Positions 14,760 through 28,461 of a DNA stretch of 64,000 bases are shown here, piece by piece (the stretch's first letter is position 1; each line of letters starts with the position of its first letter). The notes under the pieces are model-generated. The model was not told where the DNA came from. It saw only the letters and a program-made list of their open reading frames with translations, and did no database searches. The DNA comes from Haplodiscus bocki (Eukaryota): assembly GCA_965655095.1 (NCBI GenBank), contig OZ296649.1, forward strand, positions 112,468,001 through 112,532,000, read 5' to 3'. Both the position numbers and the translations under genes were made by a program.

Positions 14760-15573
14760 ACCTAAGTGGATAACATGCGAAGTAATTAAGCTGTCCGTGC
14801 TGAGAATTCGCATAAAATCAAACCGGAAGAACACAGTGGAGCTGATGATGGAAAAAAATCATTGTTGGATGAAGATGATAGGTATCAACCTTTACCGACG
14901 AGAGCAAATGCCCGAAAACAAAAAGACATCTCTTGTTAAACTGGTTTCTGAAGCAAACATTGCTGATTAAGGCACGATAAATAGACTGTATGACTTGCTG
15001 TCGCGGCGTCTTAAAACAACTGATCGCTGAGCGCACTTTTAAGCTGCATTTAATTCTCGAGGTCAGCAAAATCCGGAGTCGTTGAACGAAACCAAGGATG
15101 ATTTTGAAGGTTTGCGAATCCATGCAAACCCGCAAGATTACCATGTCACACTTGACACCGAATTGAGGCGACAATTTTTCAGGGCATTTCCAATCTTGAG
15201 CTAATGAATGTGTTTTCAACGAAATGCAGCGAGATCTGAATAACTAGTTCGCCGACTATTGAACAAGTACATTATCTGCTAAAGAACATGGTCGACCGTG
15301 GAGGAAGACAAAGATTGCACAAAAAATCAGTTTGCATCAATACTCATTTTTTGTGCTTAATCATGCGGTGTCAGAAAGAGTTGCCACCCCTTAGCTCTTA
15401 ACTCAAATCCTCCCAACGTACACAGTGGCGCCGCTCGTAGTACAGGTAAACCTGCTGAGGACTCGCAAAGACAGCGAACGGAAGGGGATTTCGTTTCCTT
15501 TGCGGCGCGACTGGACTCTCTGTTTGCGACAACTGTAAGCAACATTTATTCAGGCCAACACCCATTTACTATC
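14760..15573 (+). pseudogene. Decayed Ty3/Gypsy-type gag
   Basis: Frame from 15001 reads AAFNSRGQQNPESLNETKDDFEGLRIHANP...ELRRQFFRA, a retrotransposon capsid pattern (F..R.Q...ES...QF). Several in-frame stops; interrupted by a solo LTR at 15574. Confidence 0.55.
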
Positions 15574-17216
15574 TGTCGCAGTATGTTTGCGAAGCCTGCG
15601 GATTAGAGCTGCAGAAGAAAAGAACATTCCCAGACCCTCAAGGGAATTGATGAGCTGTAAATAAAACACAATATTTCATATTTCTCTTAATTTTCATGTT
15701 ACTGATCCGTATCATATACGGATCACCCTAGTGAACTGATCCGGACTAATACGGAACCATTACGGAACATACGGATATTCACAGAGCTTTTCATTCTAAA
15801 AGGTGCTATAATTTGTAATAACTTATTCATTTTATTTGATTTACATCCACCTTTTGAGTGTTATTAGCTTAGCTTACTGTGCTAAAGTGCTATCAAATTG
15901 ACTCTCGGAGTGAATATTTGTTCCGTACGCGCTCCGTCGCTACTAGTCTGGTGACGTCACAATCATTCTTATAGCTATGCTGTGCTGCAGTGCTATGGTG
16001 AATACGGAGTGACTCCGTATTCACTCCTAATTCGAGCACGGCTGACTGAATTGATGCTTGTACTACTAGTGGCTACGGAGCTGCTCCGGAGGCCACTAGT
16101 AGCAGACTGAATTTTAACTTGTACTACTAGTGGCTATGGAGCTGCTCCGGAGACCACTAGTAGCTACTAGTCGGAACGAGGAGTAAACTAGTAGTGATAC
16201 TAGTTTCTCCTCATTTCCAAAAGACTAAAAGACTAAATAATCTAGTGATGATGAAATGAACAAGGAAATGATGATTTAATGTATTTTTAGACTGAAGTCA
16301 TGAATTTTGTATTTTATTTTATTTCTTCATTTTTTCATTTTACTCATTTTATTTTCCTTTCCCAATTAAGCAAATTAGTATAATAAGACTGTAAACAACA
16401 TGTCGGCGCGGGAATAGACGCTTTGATGTCCATCTCCGACGGATTAGGACCGTCCATTTTCTGTCGAAAGAGGGAAAAGGCGCGTCCTATGATGGAAGAG
16501 ATGGATGGAAAAGTTTTTTATTTCCCGCCAGAGTCGGCATTTCTAACTTTGATGTTATACTTTTATACAGTACTTTTCCCTATTTGTACCTTGACTTGGC
16601 GTGTAAACAATTATGTTTCCCGCCAGGAAAAGGTATAAATAGGAGAAATGAAAGTACAGAAGACACAATTTTTATTTATTGTAAAGTACTGATGATAATA
16701 TTCCAGTATAGTATTTCCCTTCGTTAATGATAAAAACTGTTAAGAAGACCGAAATTGATTTCTCTTTCTGAAAAATAATCAAGTATTACTGACTGATCAT
16801 TATTTTTCTCGTGAAAGATGACAACTCGAAACAAGAGGAAATTGGCAGCATTAAATAAGGAAAATTGTGAAGAGCATCCTAGGAGCAACTTGGCACAAAA
16901 CTCAAGCGCTCCTAGATCGCAGGAGGACTACATAACTCAAGTTTCCGAGAAAATTGAGGGAAGGGTCACAAAAAGGTTGTCAAAGGAGTTCAGCAGAACA
17001 GAAAACCGCATCCTAGGTGCACTAGCGCGGCTCGACGATTTTCTTATGAACCCACTACTACCAGGTGGCTCCGGAACCACTCCGGAGCCCACCCGGAACG
17101 CATCAGGTATAAACCAGGGAACGAATGAGGACGACTCCCAGAATGATCCTCATCCTGAAGCAAGTATCTTCCACGGTCAGAGGGAACAAACTCTGGCACA
17201 GAAAGGGACTATGACA
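15574..17216 (+). mobile_element. Solo LTR (1643 bp) of a Ty3/Gypsy family
   Basis: TGTCG...ATGACA ends with 5-bp TSD CTATC/CTGTC. Colinear with the 5' LTR of the element at 20902. TATA-like GTATAAATA at ~16632. Confidence 0.85.
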
Positions 17217-17228
17217 CTGTCCGTTTGA
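16818..17228 (+). pseudogene. Gag N-terminal ORF embedded in the LTR
   Basis: 136-aa ATG ORF (MTTRNKRKLAALNKENCEEHPRS...) homologous to 22230-22700 (MATLRNKRKLEAV..., LDEFLLSP), which continues into gag in the full element. Confidence 0.7.
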
Positions 17229-20200
17229 GAAGATACCAGATGTTGCAGAAGTTCCAATCACCACAAAAACGACAAAAACTCATTCACAACCACTCATGCA
17301 TATTTCTTTATTTTCGTGTCACACTGTCCAGCAATCAAGTCAACAGTTTTCAAAAGGTTGCTCAACAATCGACTTGCAATGACTGATGCAGGCAAAGAAT
17401 CCACCAATAATGTCCCCGTGACTGTCGTTACGTAACAAGTGGATCCTTATACACTGACTATAGTGCGTGTACACAAATTCATTACAACAAGGCACCCCTT
17501 GGAAAAATTTTGGACACTGTCAGTGACAACGAGTACTTCTTCCATCAAAGAAACCCAGAACTGGCTTTGAACAATTATGAACCTAGTGTTTTGACCAAAC
17601 CTAATTTTTATTTTGACAGAAATTTTCCCAAATTGATCAATCTAAAACACGACTCAAGCAAACAAAAATTTTGAACGCCTCTTAATCCCGTGGGACACTT
17701 TGGTGAAGCAGATGGCTTCGTTCCTTTTGGTACCTCGGCCGAATGCAGATGGCCCCGTTTTGTCACTGCTTTAAAAGTCTTTCCGGTTTAAGACCGCCCT
17801 TCTTGGGTTTTTCGAAACAACATTCATTTTTGTGGAAGACCGATAGGGGCATATTTCATTCTTGGACGAGCATATATCCGAATCCAAAATGTAATTCTGA
17901 ACCATAATCGAAGACAAATGCGAATTTGACATCTACGTCCCTGGCAGTATCAAATATGTGTGTCAAACCTCTCGCCACGTGGCCTAGAAGGCCCTTGGAC
18001 TGGGGCAGAGCTCTCTTAATTACGCCGTGACGTGTCCCTACGAAGTTCTAACGTGAGGTCACAGAGTTTCTCTAATTGCCTCGTCAGGGGATCAGTAGCG
18101 GCTCTGATCTGACGTGCCACTTCTTCCGACGTAATGGGAGTGCTCAAGCTAAGGGCAGCACTGTCATCATCCTCTATTTCATTCCCGTCTAAACTATGGG
18201 TTTCTTCACCGGCCAAACTAGTATTTGCTTCCTCAATGTTAGGACTACTCATTTCCAGAGGTTACAGAGTTGTGCTGTAGTTAGTAATTAAATTGTGTTA
18301 ATTTAAGTACAACGTCAGTTAGTTTATTTTACAAATGAAGATTTATCAGTCAGATGAGGTTAGGCAATCGCGTTAGAGTGAATATTTTACAAAATGTACA
18401 ACAAAAAGTTTCTACTGAATTGTTAGCAAGTTTTCGATCTAATGGCTAGTGTTTTTCGTGCTCGATGGTCAATTGCTGATAATTAATCACGCGACATAAA
18501 ACTGCGCTATTATTGGTTGCCCTATTTCGCACCTTCAATTACATTTCAGGTGGTAATCATTAAGTAGCCTCAAAACTATCATTACTGCCTCAAATCCAAG
18601 TCACAATAGTTGATCACGCGCTGATGTCTCTCCTTAGCGGCGGTGATAATTACTTAATCCGTCAGTAAGTCATGATCAAACAATTACAACACATGCATGG
18701 CGGCTCAGTTGTAGCGCTTAAGTACAAACTTGCAATAAAGGCTGTCTTTCACGAGCGACGCACCTCGCTAGGCAGCTGTAGGAATTAAAGCTCAGAAAAA
18801 GAATTGAAATGAATGATCCCAGCACGAAAGTGACGGCTCATTAGTTGATGAAATGTGCACGTTGGATGAAATATGGCTAGTGATTTGGCTACAATGATTC
18901 ACCAGGTGTTATAGAGAGCAGCACAAAAAACAACGCAATAAATATGCACGGAGGGGTCAGCGTAGCATCTTAAAAATACATATCTACATAAATCGCGTTT
19001 TTACCCGTTGAGAAAAAAGTAATATAACATAGTGGCGTTCATATTAGTTATAGAATATAAAGCTGCATAAATTGCTTATGTATTAGGTTATAATAGGTAG
19101 TGTAGTGGCTTCAAACATATCACATAAGCTCTTTGCATAATCATTTTTTCTAGTTTATATTTCCATCATGCGAGGGCATGACAGTGAGGATTTGGAAGTC
19201 TTTGAACTGCCCTTGGCAGAACCAGTCACGATGACTTTCAAATTATAGAGTTGATGACAATTCTCTCAAGGTAGTAGGATGGACTCCGCCAATGGTAGAT
19301 CAGAATGACTTCACCTGGACTCCACTCTTCAGCGTCTGAGCGACAATCTGAACTTTGCTTCTTGTCCGTCAATTCAAACTGACATATAATCTTCCTGTCA
19401 ATGCTAGCTACAGTGAAAGACTAGTCTGTACCGATAAAAGTAGTAAAGGTATTTTTCTCAATTCACACTTTTCTGGATAACACCCAGAGGTCTACGTTTT
19501 CAACAAATGGTTTGATAGAGGCATCTCATTGAACTTTTTACAGTCTTGAAGAAGTGATGGCAAAGTTTATTACAACCGGTATCAAAGATCGTGAAAGTCT
19601 TTTGTGAGAAGTTGATCCAATCTTTCATCCATGAAGAAAAAGTTGATTCTAGACAATGCAAAGCTTCCTATCTTATGATAGATTACTAAACGACTGCTGT
19701 TCTATGCAAGAAAGATGTCAGATGAATGTCTGATCAAAACCGGAAAATTGAGGCAACGATTCGAAATCTAACAGCCCTTTATTTAATATATCCATCCGAC
19801 CCAACTCTATGAAGTTGTATAGTTGGCTAAGCAAAATGGCAATCAGTTGAATCTGAGCTTCTTTAAACCAGAAGACAATAATGTACAGGCATGCTTTTCC
19901 TCTCGCGTTGATGAGCATCTATGTAAACTAAAGATTGCTAAGCTTTTCACTTGTCTAAGTTCAGCGCCAGTTTTGCGACTCATTCTTGTTCTGGCAGGCA
20001 TAGTGACAAGCTAAAAACAGGTTTTGTTTGTGAATTAGTTCACTTCTATTGGAAGAGAATGTTTTCTTGACTGTGAGGCGCTCCTAGGTGTTTTCAACGA
20101 AAGATCAATATAGTTCATCATGTTATAGTTGAACGCTATGGTAGCCCAATTTTGTATTACCACATTGACGCTTGTATAAAACTAATAAGCTGACTCCGAA

Positions 20201-20901
20201 AATAATGTGCAACAACCTCACGAACAATTTGTTTCTATGGCGCAGTTTGCTGGGAAAGCCACGCCATATGTGAACTCTTTTAAGACTCTAGGAAGTGTTC
20301 ATGTCATGTTGTGAAAGTTTCTGGAGCTTAACCGCGTCTAGACAAAGCGGCAGTCAAACATGCCTGAGAACACTTCTAACGAGAAACAAAATCGACGTTT
20401 TTTTCAAGTACCCAATCGTCACTGAGGTTTCATTGTTGATTTAGCAACTAACCACTAAACGATAGCCGGCGACTGATTCGACTTATTACCGTTCCAATGG
20501 ACTGAAGACCTCAAAAGGGTATTATTTGGAACGAAGACCTTTTTTCTCTATATAGCAAAACTCTAAAGTTCCTGGACACAATAATCCAAAACAAGTTCTT
20601 TAGATAACTGTCTAAGCACTTTTTAAAAAGACGCCTCCCTTATCGTCCACAAAACAGCCAGTTCAATGTAAAGCTTCACCAGCTCAGACATCTGCGTGAG
20701 CCCCACCAACCAAGTCAGTTCGTTGAATTCTGGAAAATCGACATCAAGACGAAAGTTGCACAAAACGAGAACTATAAACAGGAACTTCCGAATCGCCCCT
20801 CCTCGGTTGTCGTCGGAATCGGTCATCCGAAACGGCATTTCTACATTTACAAAGATCACCATTCCAGGAAGCGCATACACAGCTGCTTTGGGCTTGGCTA
20901 C
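17222..20901 (+). pseudogene. Decayed class III viral fusion glycoprotein (herpes gB / chuvirus G-like env), split by solo LTR 17961-19183
   Basis: QLNLSFF...NVQACFSSRVDEHLC (C at ~19922), G..C...C (~20051-20074), CYS (20121), (K/L)DSENNV (20192) follow the order and approximate spacing of gB LQF...WC...GD..C...CYSRP...GQLGENNE. A hydrophobic stretch begins at ~20860, cut by the LTR at 20902. Confidence 0.55.
17961..19183 (-). mobile_element. Solo LTR (1223 bp) of a second Gypsy family
   Basis: Minus-strand ends TGTCATG...TTTGACA (TGTCA/TGACA). Flanks ATGTG/GTGAG match 3/5. Carries ORF 18016..18252 (PITSEEVARQIRAATDPLTRQLEKLC), which runs toward the LTR 3' end. Confidence 0.65.
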
Positions 20902-22633
20902 TGTCGCAGCATGTCTGCGAAGCCTGCAGACAAATGATTCCCCGGACAAAGAACATCCCAAGACCGTTTACTGAGGACTGAAACTCTATAAATACTCAAA
21001 CTGCATACATAAATGCTAATAAACTTATAATTATATTCATTACACTTTATTTCATGTAAATGATACGTAGTGGTTACGTATTGTTCCATAATATTCACTC
21101 CATGTAAAAAGCACGTATGCTATGCGTGTAATTCCGGTGAACTGATCGGGATTGGGACGGAGGAACTACGGAACAGACGGATGTTCATTTACTTTCCCTA
21201 CTGTATATTTATATTATTATTAGGTGCAATGTTCAAAAATAATTTAGCCAATTATTACATAAATCTACCTTTTTCAATTGACTTCTTCAGTAATTTAAAT
21301 CTTGATTGACAGTTTCAACAAGTTTGCAATATCTATTACAGCTATTATTACAGAGCGCGACTTTAAAATTGAAATTTTGTTCCGTATGTGTTCCGTCGAA
21401 ACCAATCTAGTGACGTCACTAGAATTTAAGCCAATGCGCTGTCCTGCTACGCTGTGTCATTTTGTACGAACTTGGAACGGTTACGTAGCCACCAGTTTCA
21501 TTCTTCTCAGTAGCACTGCGGAGAGCAGTGCTACAAGCGGCTACGTGGTTGTTCCGGAACGCTTTGACCACAATGAGGAACCAGCTGGTAGAAATAAACA
21601 ACGGGCTAAGAGAAAGTCCAATTTTGTTCCCAGCAGTGGATTTAAATGATGCAATATGAAAACACATGTGAACATGAACTTAATCCATCAATTTCACGTA
21701 CTTTATTTTATGTATTTTATTTAAATTTGGTGCATTTTTTTACTAATTTCTTCTTTCGGAAAATCTTTTTGAGCTTTTGTTTATGGTATTTTTTGTTGTG
21801 TCGCGCGGGAAAAACCACCTTGATGTCCACTTCTGAGGGAATAAACACGTGTTGTTTTCCGTCGAAAGATGAAAAAAACGCTGTCTATGAAGGCAGAAAT
21901 AGACGGAGAGGTGTGTATTTCTCGCCAGAGTCGGCATTTTCCCTTCATAGATATTATGATTAAAGTTTTTTCCTCTATTTGTACCTTGAGTTGGCGTGTG
22001 AACAATTATGTTTCCCGCCAAGGCAAAGGTGTTTATAGGAGGAATGAAAGTAATATTGCTATTACTTAAATTTGTAGCCTTTTGGTATTTTATTCATTTT
22101 TTGAAATCATTAACTGATTGCTTTTGTGGAAACCCTTTTCCCTCATAAAAGAGGAGATCGACACTTTTGTTACAAAATTTAAAAAAGCAATTCAGTTTTC
22201 ACAACTGACAGAGGCTTTCTCTCAAAATCATGGCAACATTGAGGAATAAGAGAAAGTTAGAAGCAGTTTCGATAGAAACACCAGAAATACAAGGAACAAT
22301 CACTCACAAAACACACTTGATCCGGCAATGGCTCAAGAATACATCTCCCAGGTTTGTGAGCAAAGTGATGGGGGTCACTAAAAAAACTTTCCAAAGAAGA
22401 CAAACGGACGGAGTAACGCATTTTGGGTGTTTCGGCTAAACTTGATGAATTTCTTCTGAGCCCACAAATTCGGACATGTTCCGTAGCTTTTCCGGGAACA
22501 TACAGGAACAACAACTCAGAAGACCGGAAACCCTCTGGGGATCGTTTCCTAGGCAATCCTTGTCCCAAAGCAGTGTTTTCTGCCTGCCACTCTAGTATTC
22601 TAAACGATTCGGAGCAGGAAGACACTCATCAGA
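20902..22633 (+). repeat. 5' LTR of the Gypsy element
   Basis: Starts TGTCGCAG like the solo LTR at 15574, is colinear with it, and ends immediately before the PBS. Confidence 0.8.
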
Positions 22634-22646
22634 TGGTGACAGGAGT
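22634..22646 (+). promoter_or_regulatory. Primer-binding site TGGTGACAGGAGT (tRNA-Leu-like)
   Basis: TGG-starting motif at the position where the homologous solo LTR ends. It resembles the complement of tRNA-Leu 3' ends; the isotype is inferred. Confidence 0.7.
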
Positions 22647-24289
22647 TCAAGAAGAGCTTTCCTACTGCTCCTCTGGAACTTCGTCAGGAAAACAAAGTTG
22701 ACGTGCTGTACAAGTCAGCCACAATTTCACAGTGAAAACACCCCTGAGACAATTGAAGCAGACCAGATTCTGTTAACCCTTCAACAATTGGCGACGAACA
22801 GTAATTCAGCCAATTTGAACAACAAAATCAACAGAATCTCGAAATTACCTAAATCACTCACAACGACAATGCCGACTTTTGACGAGAAGTCAGAGAAATT
22901 CAAACTGTTGGAAGACTTGTTCCAAACAAGTTTGAAAATCCACAATCAACCCAGGGAAGAAGAGAAAAAAATCACTTCCACTCTCTCATGCACGGTGATG
23001 CGCTATAAACATTCAAAAACATCAGCAGCCTCAATAGAGAGAACTTGGAAAAAATTCGGACTGTGTTCCGTAGAAAATACGTGAAACCCCAGTCAACAGC
23101 TACAGCGAAACACAATTTTCAAAGACTGGTCTTCAACCCAGCGAATCCGAAGTTATTATATTTTCTGGAAGAACTCCAGAAACTAGCGAAACATTCATTC
23201 GGAGTTGCCGCTCAGGTGATCATTGAGCAACTCATATATGCCAAAAGCCTCCCCACCTGAGGAAATTGATAAATCAGGCGCTTGTGGAGAGTGGCACATA
23301 TAAACAGATTGTGTCACATCCTGAACGGCAGCTAGAACTGAATGGTTTGGAAGCTCCAGGTGAGATGCAGATAAATATTGTGACGCAACGAGCCACACAA
23401 CAATACCCAGATAAAACACAAATCAACTTGCCCTCACTGCCGAAACCAGTGCTGTCAACTCAAACGAGGGAAACACCAAGCCCAAAGGAACACGAATTTT
23501 GCCGGCAATAACAAAAACAACAACGGTGGTCAGACAAACTCTAACTCCAACACTAAGATTCCCAACAATACCCACGCAATCAAAACAAACAATGAAAAAC
23601 AGAGAAAACCTAGACCTGTCTATCCACCTTGTGAAACCTGTGGTAAAACTAACCATGCCTCATGGAAATGTCACCCTGGAGCAAACGCAGCTAATAGACC
23701 GTCTCCCCGGAAAAGACGGTCGGATGGACAGAATCAGGTCCAACAAAGAAATGCCCAAAACAATTTCGAGGTGAATGTTCCAGCTGCAGCCCAAATTTTA
23801 AGCTAGAAACGCCGCTTTTTTCTTCATGTGACAGACCTTAGACAATGAAAACACCAAAACTTCTACCAATTCCCGAGTTTGTCTGGCAGCAACCTCAGGG
23901 GATTTTTATGAATCAATAAAACTTAATTAAAAACCAATAATGACACTACAATACAAAATATCGAGAAACTTCAAAGACGACTGTAGTAAGTCAAACATCT
24001 CCACCCAAGGAAATTCAACAAAAGAACTACGTAAATGTCACGGAAAAACCCCCAGGAATTCAAACAGGGAACAAACCAGTTCTGTTCCTTAGCTGCCCGA
24101 AGAGTTGTCCTACCGATATCCAAGAATCAGAACGCACACAACGACTACCCTTACTGGAGCTACCACCAACCCACCTCTCACAATGAGAACCCCACTAATT
24201 GAGGATGGGTTGGTGAGAGATGAACAAACTAATGATTTTTATCTCCCAATAACAGGAATTGCTCTATGTGTCTCTAGATTTCGAGAATA

Positions 24290-27200
24290 ACCTAACGGTA
24301 GATGCCTTGGTAGACTCAGGAGCCTAAACCAGTGCAATTACCCAGAATGGCCTGGACACACTTAAACAGAAAACACCAATTAGTAGTCTCAATATCGTGG
24401 ACCCTCCCAATTTTCTAATACAAGTAGCAAACGGCCAGATAGAGAAACAATTAGCAACAACCACGCTTAAGTTTGATATTGGAGACTATTTATTCGCTGA
24501 ACACTTCATCATAACGAGGAAATCAACAGGGCTAATATTAGGGTTGCATTTCATAAGGAACAACAGTGTAGTCATTGACACGACATACGGTCTCATGCAT
24601 TTCCGACACTTAACGATTCAAGTTGAAACTGCCTCAAGTGAAACAACTGCAAAACCCCCAATTGTCATCACTGAAAATGCCATGAAAATACCGAGGACAA
24701 TACCGAGGACAACTCCAAATCACAGTTTTTGTTGACCATCCGTCATAAAGGAACACGACAGGGACTTTGACACCATTGGAGAAATTTACGGAAACAGCAA
24801 GTTTGCTGATTTCCCATTCAATGTCGAAAATATTTGACAAGAGAATAACAGTCAGGGTAACGAATACAACCCAGTCACCATTTCTAATCAAAAAGAATAC
24901 ACAGAATGCGTTCTCCGTAACCAGTCCGGAGCAATCCAAGCACATTAAACCGAAAGTTATGGAAATCCTCTGTATGATTCCACAAGGTGATCATGACCTG
25001 ACTGCCTACTTAAATGAACTTGGCAGAACGAACAAACTTGAGCAGCAAAACAACTTTTCCTGGTTCCTGACACCTGAAAATGCTAAAAAGCCCGAGAATC
25101 ACACCACAAAACAGACACGAATCCTCAAGGAACTAATTGAACTCAAAGCAAAAGAGAAACTCAACCCACAAGAGAGCACAGAATCCCGCACCAAATTCCT
25201 CAAACGATTTGATTGGACTTTCACACTTCTAACAAAAACAGAGTAGCAAGCAATTGATGATATCCTGGTCGACTATCATGACATTTTCGCCAAGCGACAT
25301 AGAATGGATATTGAGTTGAACACGGACTTCAAGTTGAAATTAACTCCGGAAGACAACAAAGCTGCTTACAAACAAAGTCTGCCACTGACAATCCGCTCGA
25401 AAGAAGACCTAATTGTTGAAGTATTTCTGATGAACAAACATGGAATCATCACGTATCTTTCTCCAAGTACGCAAGTCCCTCATTTGCAAAGAGGAAACCC
25501 AATGAAAAACCACGTCTCCTAGTGGATCTCAGGCCAATCAGCAGTTTGATTGCGGATGCCTGTACCAATATCAATCATCCGGTTAGCGCCTTGTCAGATG
25601 CAGCACAAAACTTGGCAGGGAAGTCCCTATTCAGCAAATTAGACTGCTCTAAGGGTTATCACTGTTTGCAGATGGCGGACCAACGGTCAGTGGAAATGCG
25701 TGCATTCAATTTTGCTAGCAGAACTTTGCCTACGAAAGACTTGCGCAGGGTCTCAATAGAACTGTGTCCGCCTTTTCAAGTTTCATGCGCGAAAACTTGG
25801 ACCAACTTGTCAAGGCTGACTAAAGTGCTCAAAACATGGACGACATTGGAATTGCAGCCAAAAAAGCTACGGACCTTGCCCGGAATATTCGGACTGTTTT
25901 TAAGTGGGTTTGCCAAGCAGGATTGAAACTGACAATCGACAACTGCCATTTTGGATTCAGACAACTTGAATTCCTAGAGACAACGATTTAACCAGAAAGA
26001 ATCTTATCGCAAGCCTGGAAAGACCACATTTTTCTAGATAAACATAGATTTCCCAAATCTAAAAGGGCCCCACAACGATACCTGGGATTCGTGAAGTATT
26101 ACCAAAAACTTACTCCCAGAATGGCTGAAAAACTTCATCCATCCTACAAATTGCTTAAAAATGAAGTTACAATTAACATAACGTCAGAATTGAAGAAAAC
26201 ATTTGATTCAGTCAAAAAAGCTCTCATTGATGCTTGCGAGTAAGCACTGAAACAAATCCACCCAGGAAGGCAGCTCGTTCTAATGAGGGATGAAGCTTTA
26301 GAATTGCTGGATATGCCCTCATGATTGAACACAATCCCGACCAAAAGATAAATTCAAAACGAAAAACATACGCCCACCTGGCGTTTGGCTTAAAAATTTC
26401 CTCTCCTGCGCAACTCAAAATGACCATATACTCACAAGAATTTTTGACAATTTTTATGGCATTTGTTGAGTTTGCACACATTCTGTAGGAATCAACAAAG
26501 CCAACAATTGTTCTGACAGATAACAAATCTGGCACACTTTTTTTCCAAACGAAACCAATTCCATAAGCACTGTGGAGGGCGTCCGTTTGTGTGTTACAAA
26601 TCAATTTCAAAAGAGCACACATTGCCGGTTCAGTCAACACTGCAGCTGGTTTTCTCTCTGGATTGGAACTCAAAATTACGGAGAAGATACGTCTAAAACT
26701 CCGGGAAGATATCCAAACGACACTCATTGAAGTGACCACATCTTCCTCGGATGTTCCTGATGAAGAACAATGTTTCTTCACACAATCATACAATGAAGAT
26801 GAGTCAGAAGAACAAACACGTGAACGAAAAAAAACAATCTCGACAAAATTCGAAGAATGGGGGGCAAAAGAGGAACCACCCTCCTTGAAAGCAAGTGCGA
26901 AAGAACTTACAAAGATCAACGGAAACACTACGGCGTATTCCATGAATGGAATCAAAACAAACGCACGAACACCAGTAGAGCAAGATGTCGATCTGGCCTT
27001 GAAGAACATGAAACTGAAAATTCCAGGCCAACCACATGACGAACTGCTATTTACGACAGACCCACGATACCAACACTACAATGCAAATAAAGACCGCATA
27101 ATTTTTACAGATGGCCTACTATTCGTAGAAAATCTTGGAGAAACGGGTGGCGTCAACTACTACCAAAATCTCGTCCCAAACCAATTAGTTATTGAAGTAC

Positions 27201-28432
27201 TCCGGAGCTTGCATGGAGATTTTGGAAAACACCCGGGAATTACCAAAACAATCATTGCTTAAGGAGAAAAAAATTTACTCTCAATTGATCAGGGTGGTGG
27301 GTCATGTCATGTGAGCAATGTACTAGAAAATCACGAATTGCTGGAAGCCTCATCCCTGAAAACCCCTGAACACATTACCCTGCCAGAAGACGCTATGCAA
27401 TTTGATTTGGCGCCGGAATTACCTCCGTTTGGTAGCTATGGAAATTTTGTGACAGCCATGGACTTGTTTTACCCAGTACTTTTTGCCTACCCGACATCTA
27501 ACCAAGACGCCAAAACAATTGCTAAAGTCATAACTAACATCTTGAAAAAAGACGCCTACTTACCAACGACACTCTTTTCAGATAATGGCTCAGCCTTTGT
27601 GTCTCGCGCAGTTAAAGAAGTGGCCGATGTCCTTGGCATTACCCTAAAGCACACCACTACAAAGCACGCTCAATTAATTGGCCTGCTGAAACAATCTCAC
27701 GCGTCAGTCAAACAAGCGTTGAAGATAGAAACAGACGAGCGAAGGTCATTGTGGCATAAATAAGTAATTATTGCGGTCCTTAATTACATTACTTCTTATC
27801 ACACAAGCATTGGCTGTGAGCCGAGCAGAAACTAACATTGACGCATTTCTTACAATATATTGGATTTAAAATTGGGAATTCACCCACAGCAAGCACTCAT
27901 TCCCACTTCGCAAGTTGCCCAAGATATTCTTAACCAAACGCAGATGATCTAGCAAGATGTTCGCTGAAATACTACGTAGTCGTACATCAAATAAAAAGCT
28001 TATTACGACAAAAAACCCAACGCTTCGAAGCTCAAAGAAACAGATTATGTATATGTCTTACAGCCGAAAACAGATCATCAAGCAAGTTCAAAATTCTGTC
28101 GGATTGGCCCCTACGTCAACGAAAATATGTTACCGAATAACAATAATCTGGTTCGCAAAATTGGCACCAACAAGACCCCAGTGCTTCATCGCATGAGAAT
28201 GCGTCAGTTCACACCCCGACAACCCCTAGCTCATAGACGAATGACGCCATATGAATGGAAACCCGATCCGGAAGTGAGCCTCAAACACGATGACTTGTAT
28301 GCCACAACGATTGACTCTGAATATGGAAAGCCAAAATGCGACGCCGAAAATGATAATGCAACGCCACACAATTCCCCCGAAACATCAGTACAGTCCGATT
28401 TATCATTCGGAGAAACGTGGAACACACCATGA
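24290..28432 (+). pseudogene. Gypsy pol (PR-RT-RNase H-integrase), frameshifted
   Basis: ORF fragments 24397, 24767, 25304, 25522, 26591, 27311 and 28127 carry successive pol motifs. Confidence 0.9.
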
Positions 28433-28461
28433 CCTGCACGAGAGCGTTCCCGAGAAAATTT

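Larger units (their letters stand above)
20902..28461 (+). mobile_element. Ty3/Gypsy LTR retrotransposon, decayed, 3' end lost in the assembly gap
   Basis: 5' LTR, PBS, gag, protease DALVDSGA (~24301), RT (SKLDCSKGYHCLQM; NMDDIG ~25834), RNase H (TDNK ~26515), integrase (LHGDFGKHPGITK; SDNGSAF). Order PR-RT-RH-IN is Gypsy. Confidence 0.95.

Noticed and set aside
16401-16752. Short ~360-bp LTR bounded by internal TGTCG...CGACA-like motifs (also 21799-22163)
   Set aside because: No PBS or TSD at these ends; TSD and PBS support the longer LTR.
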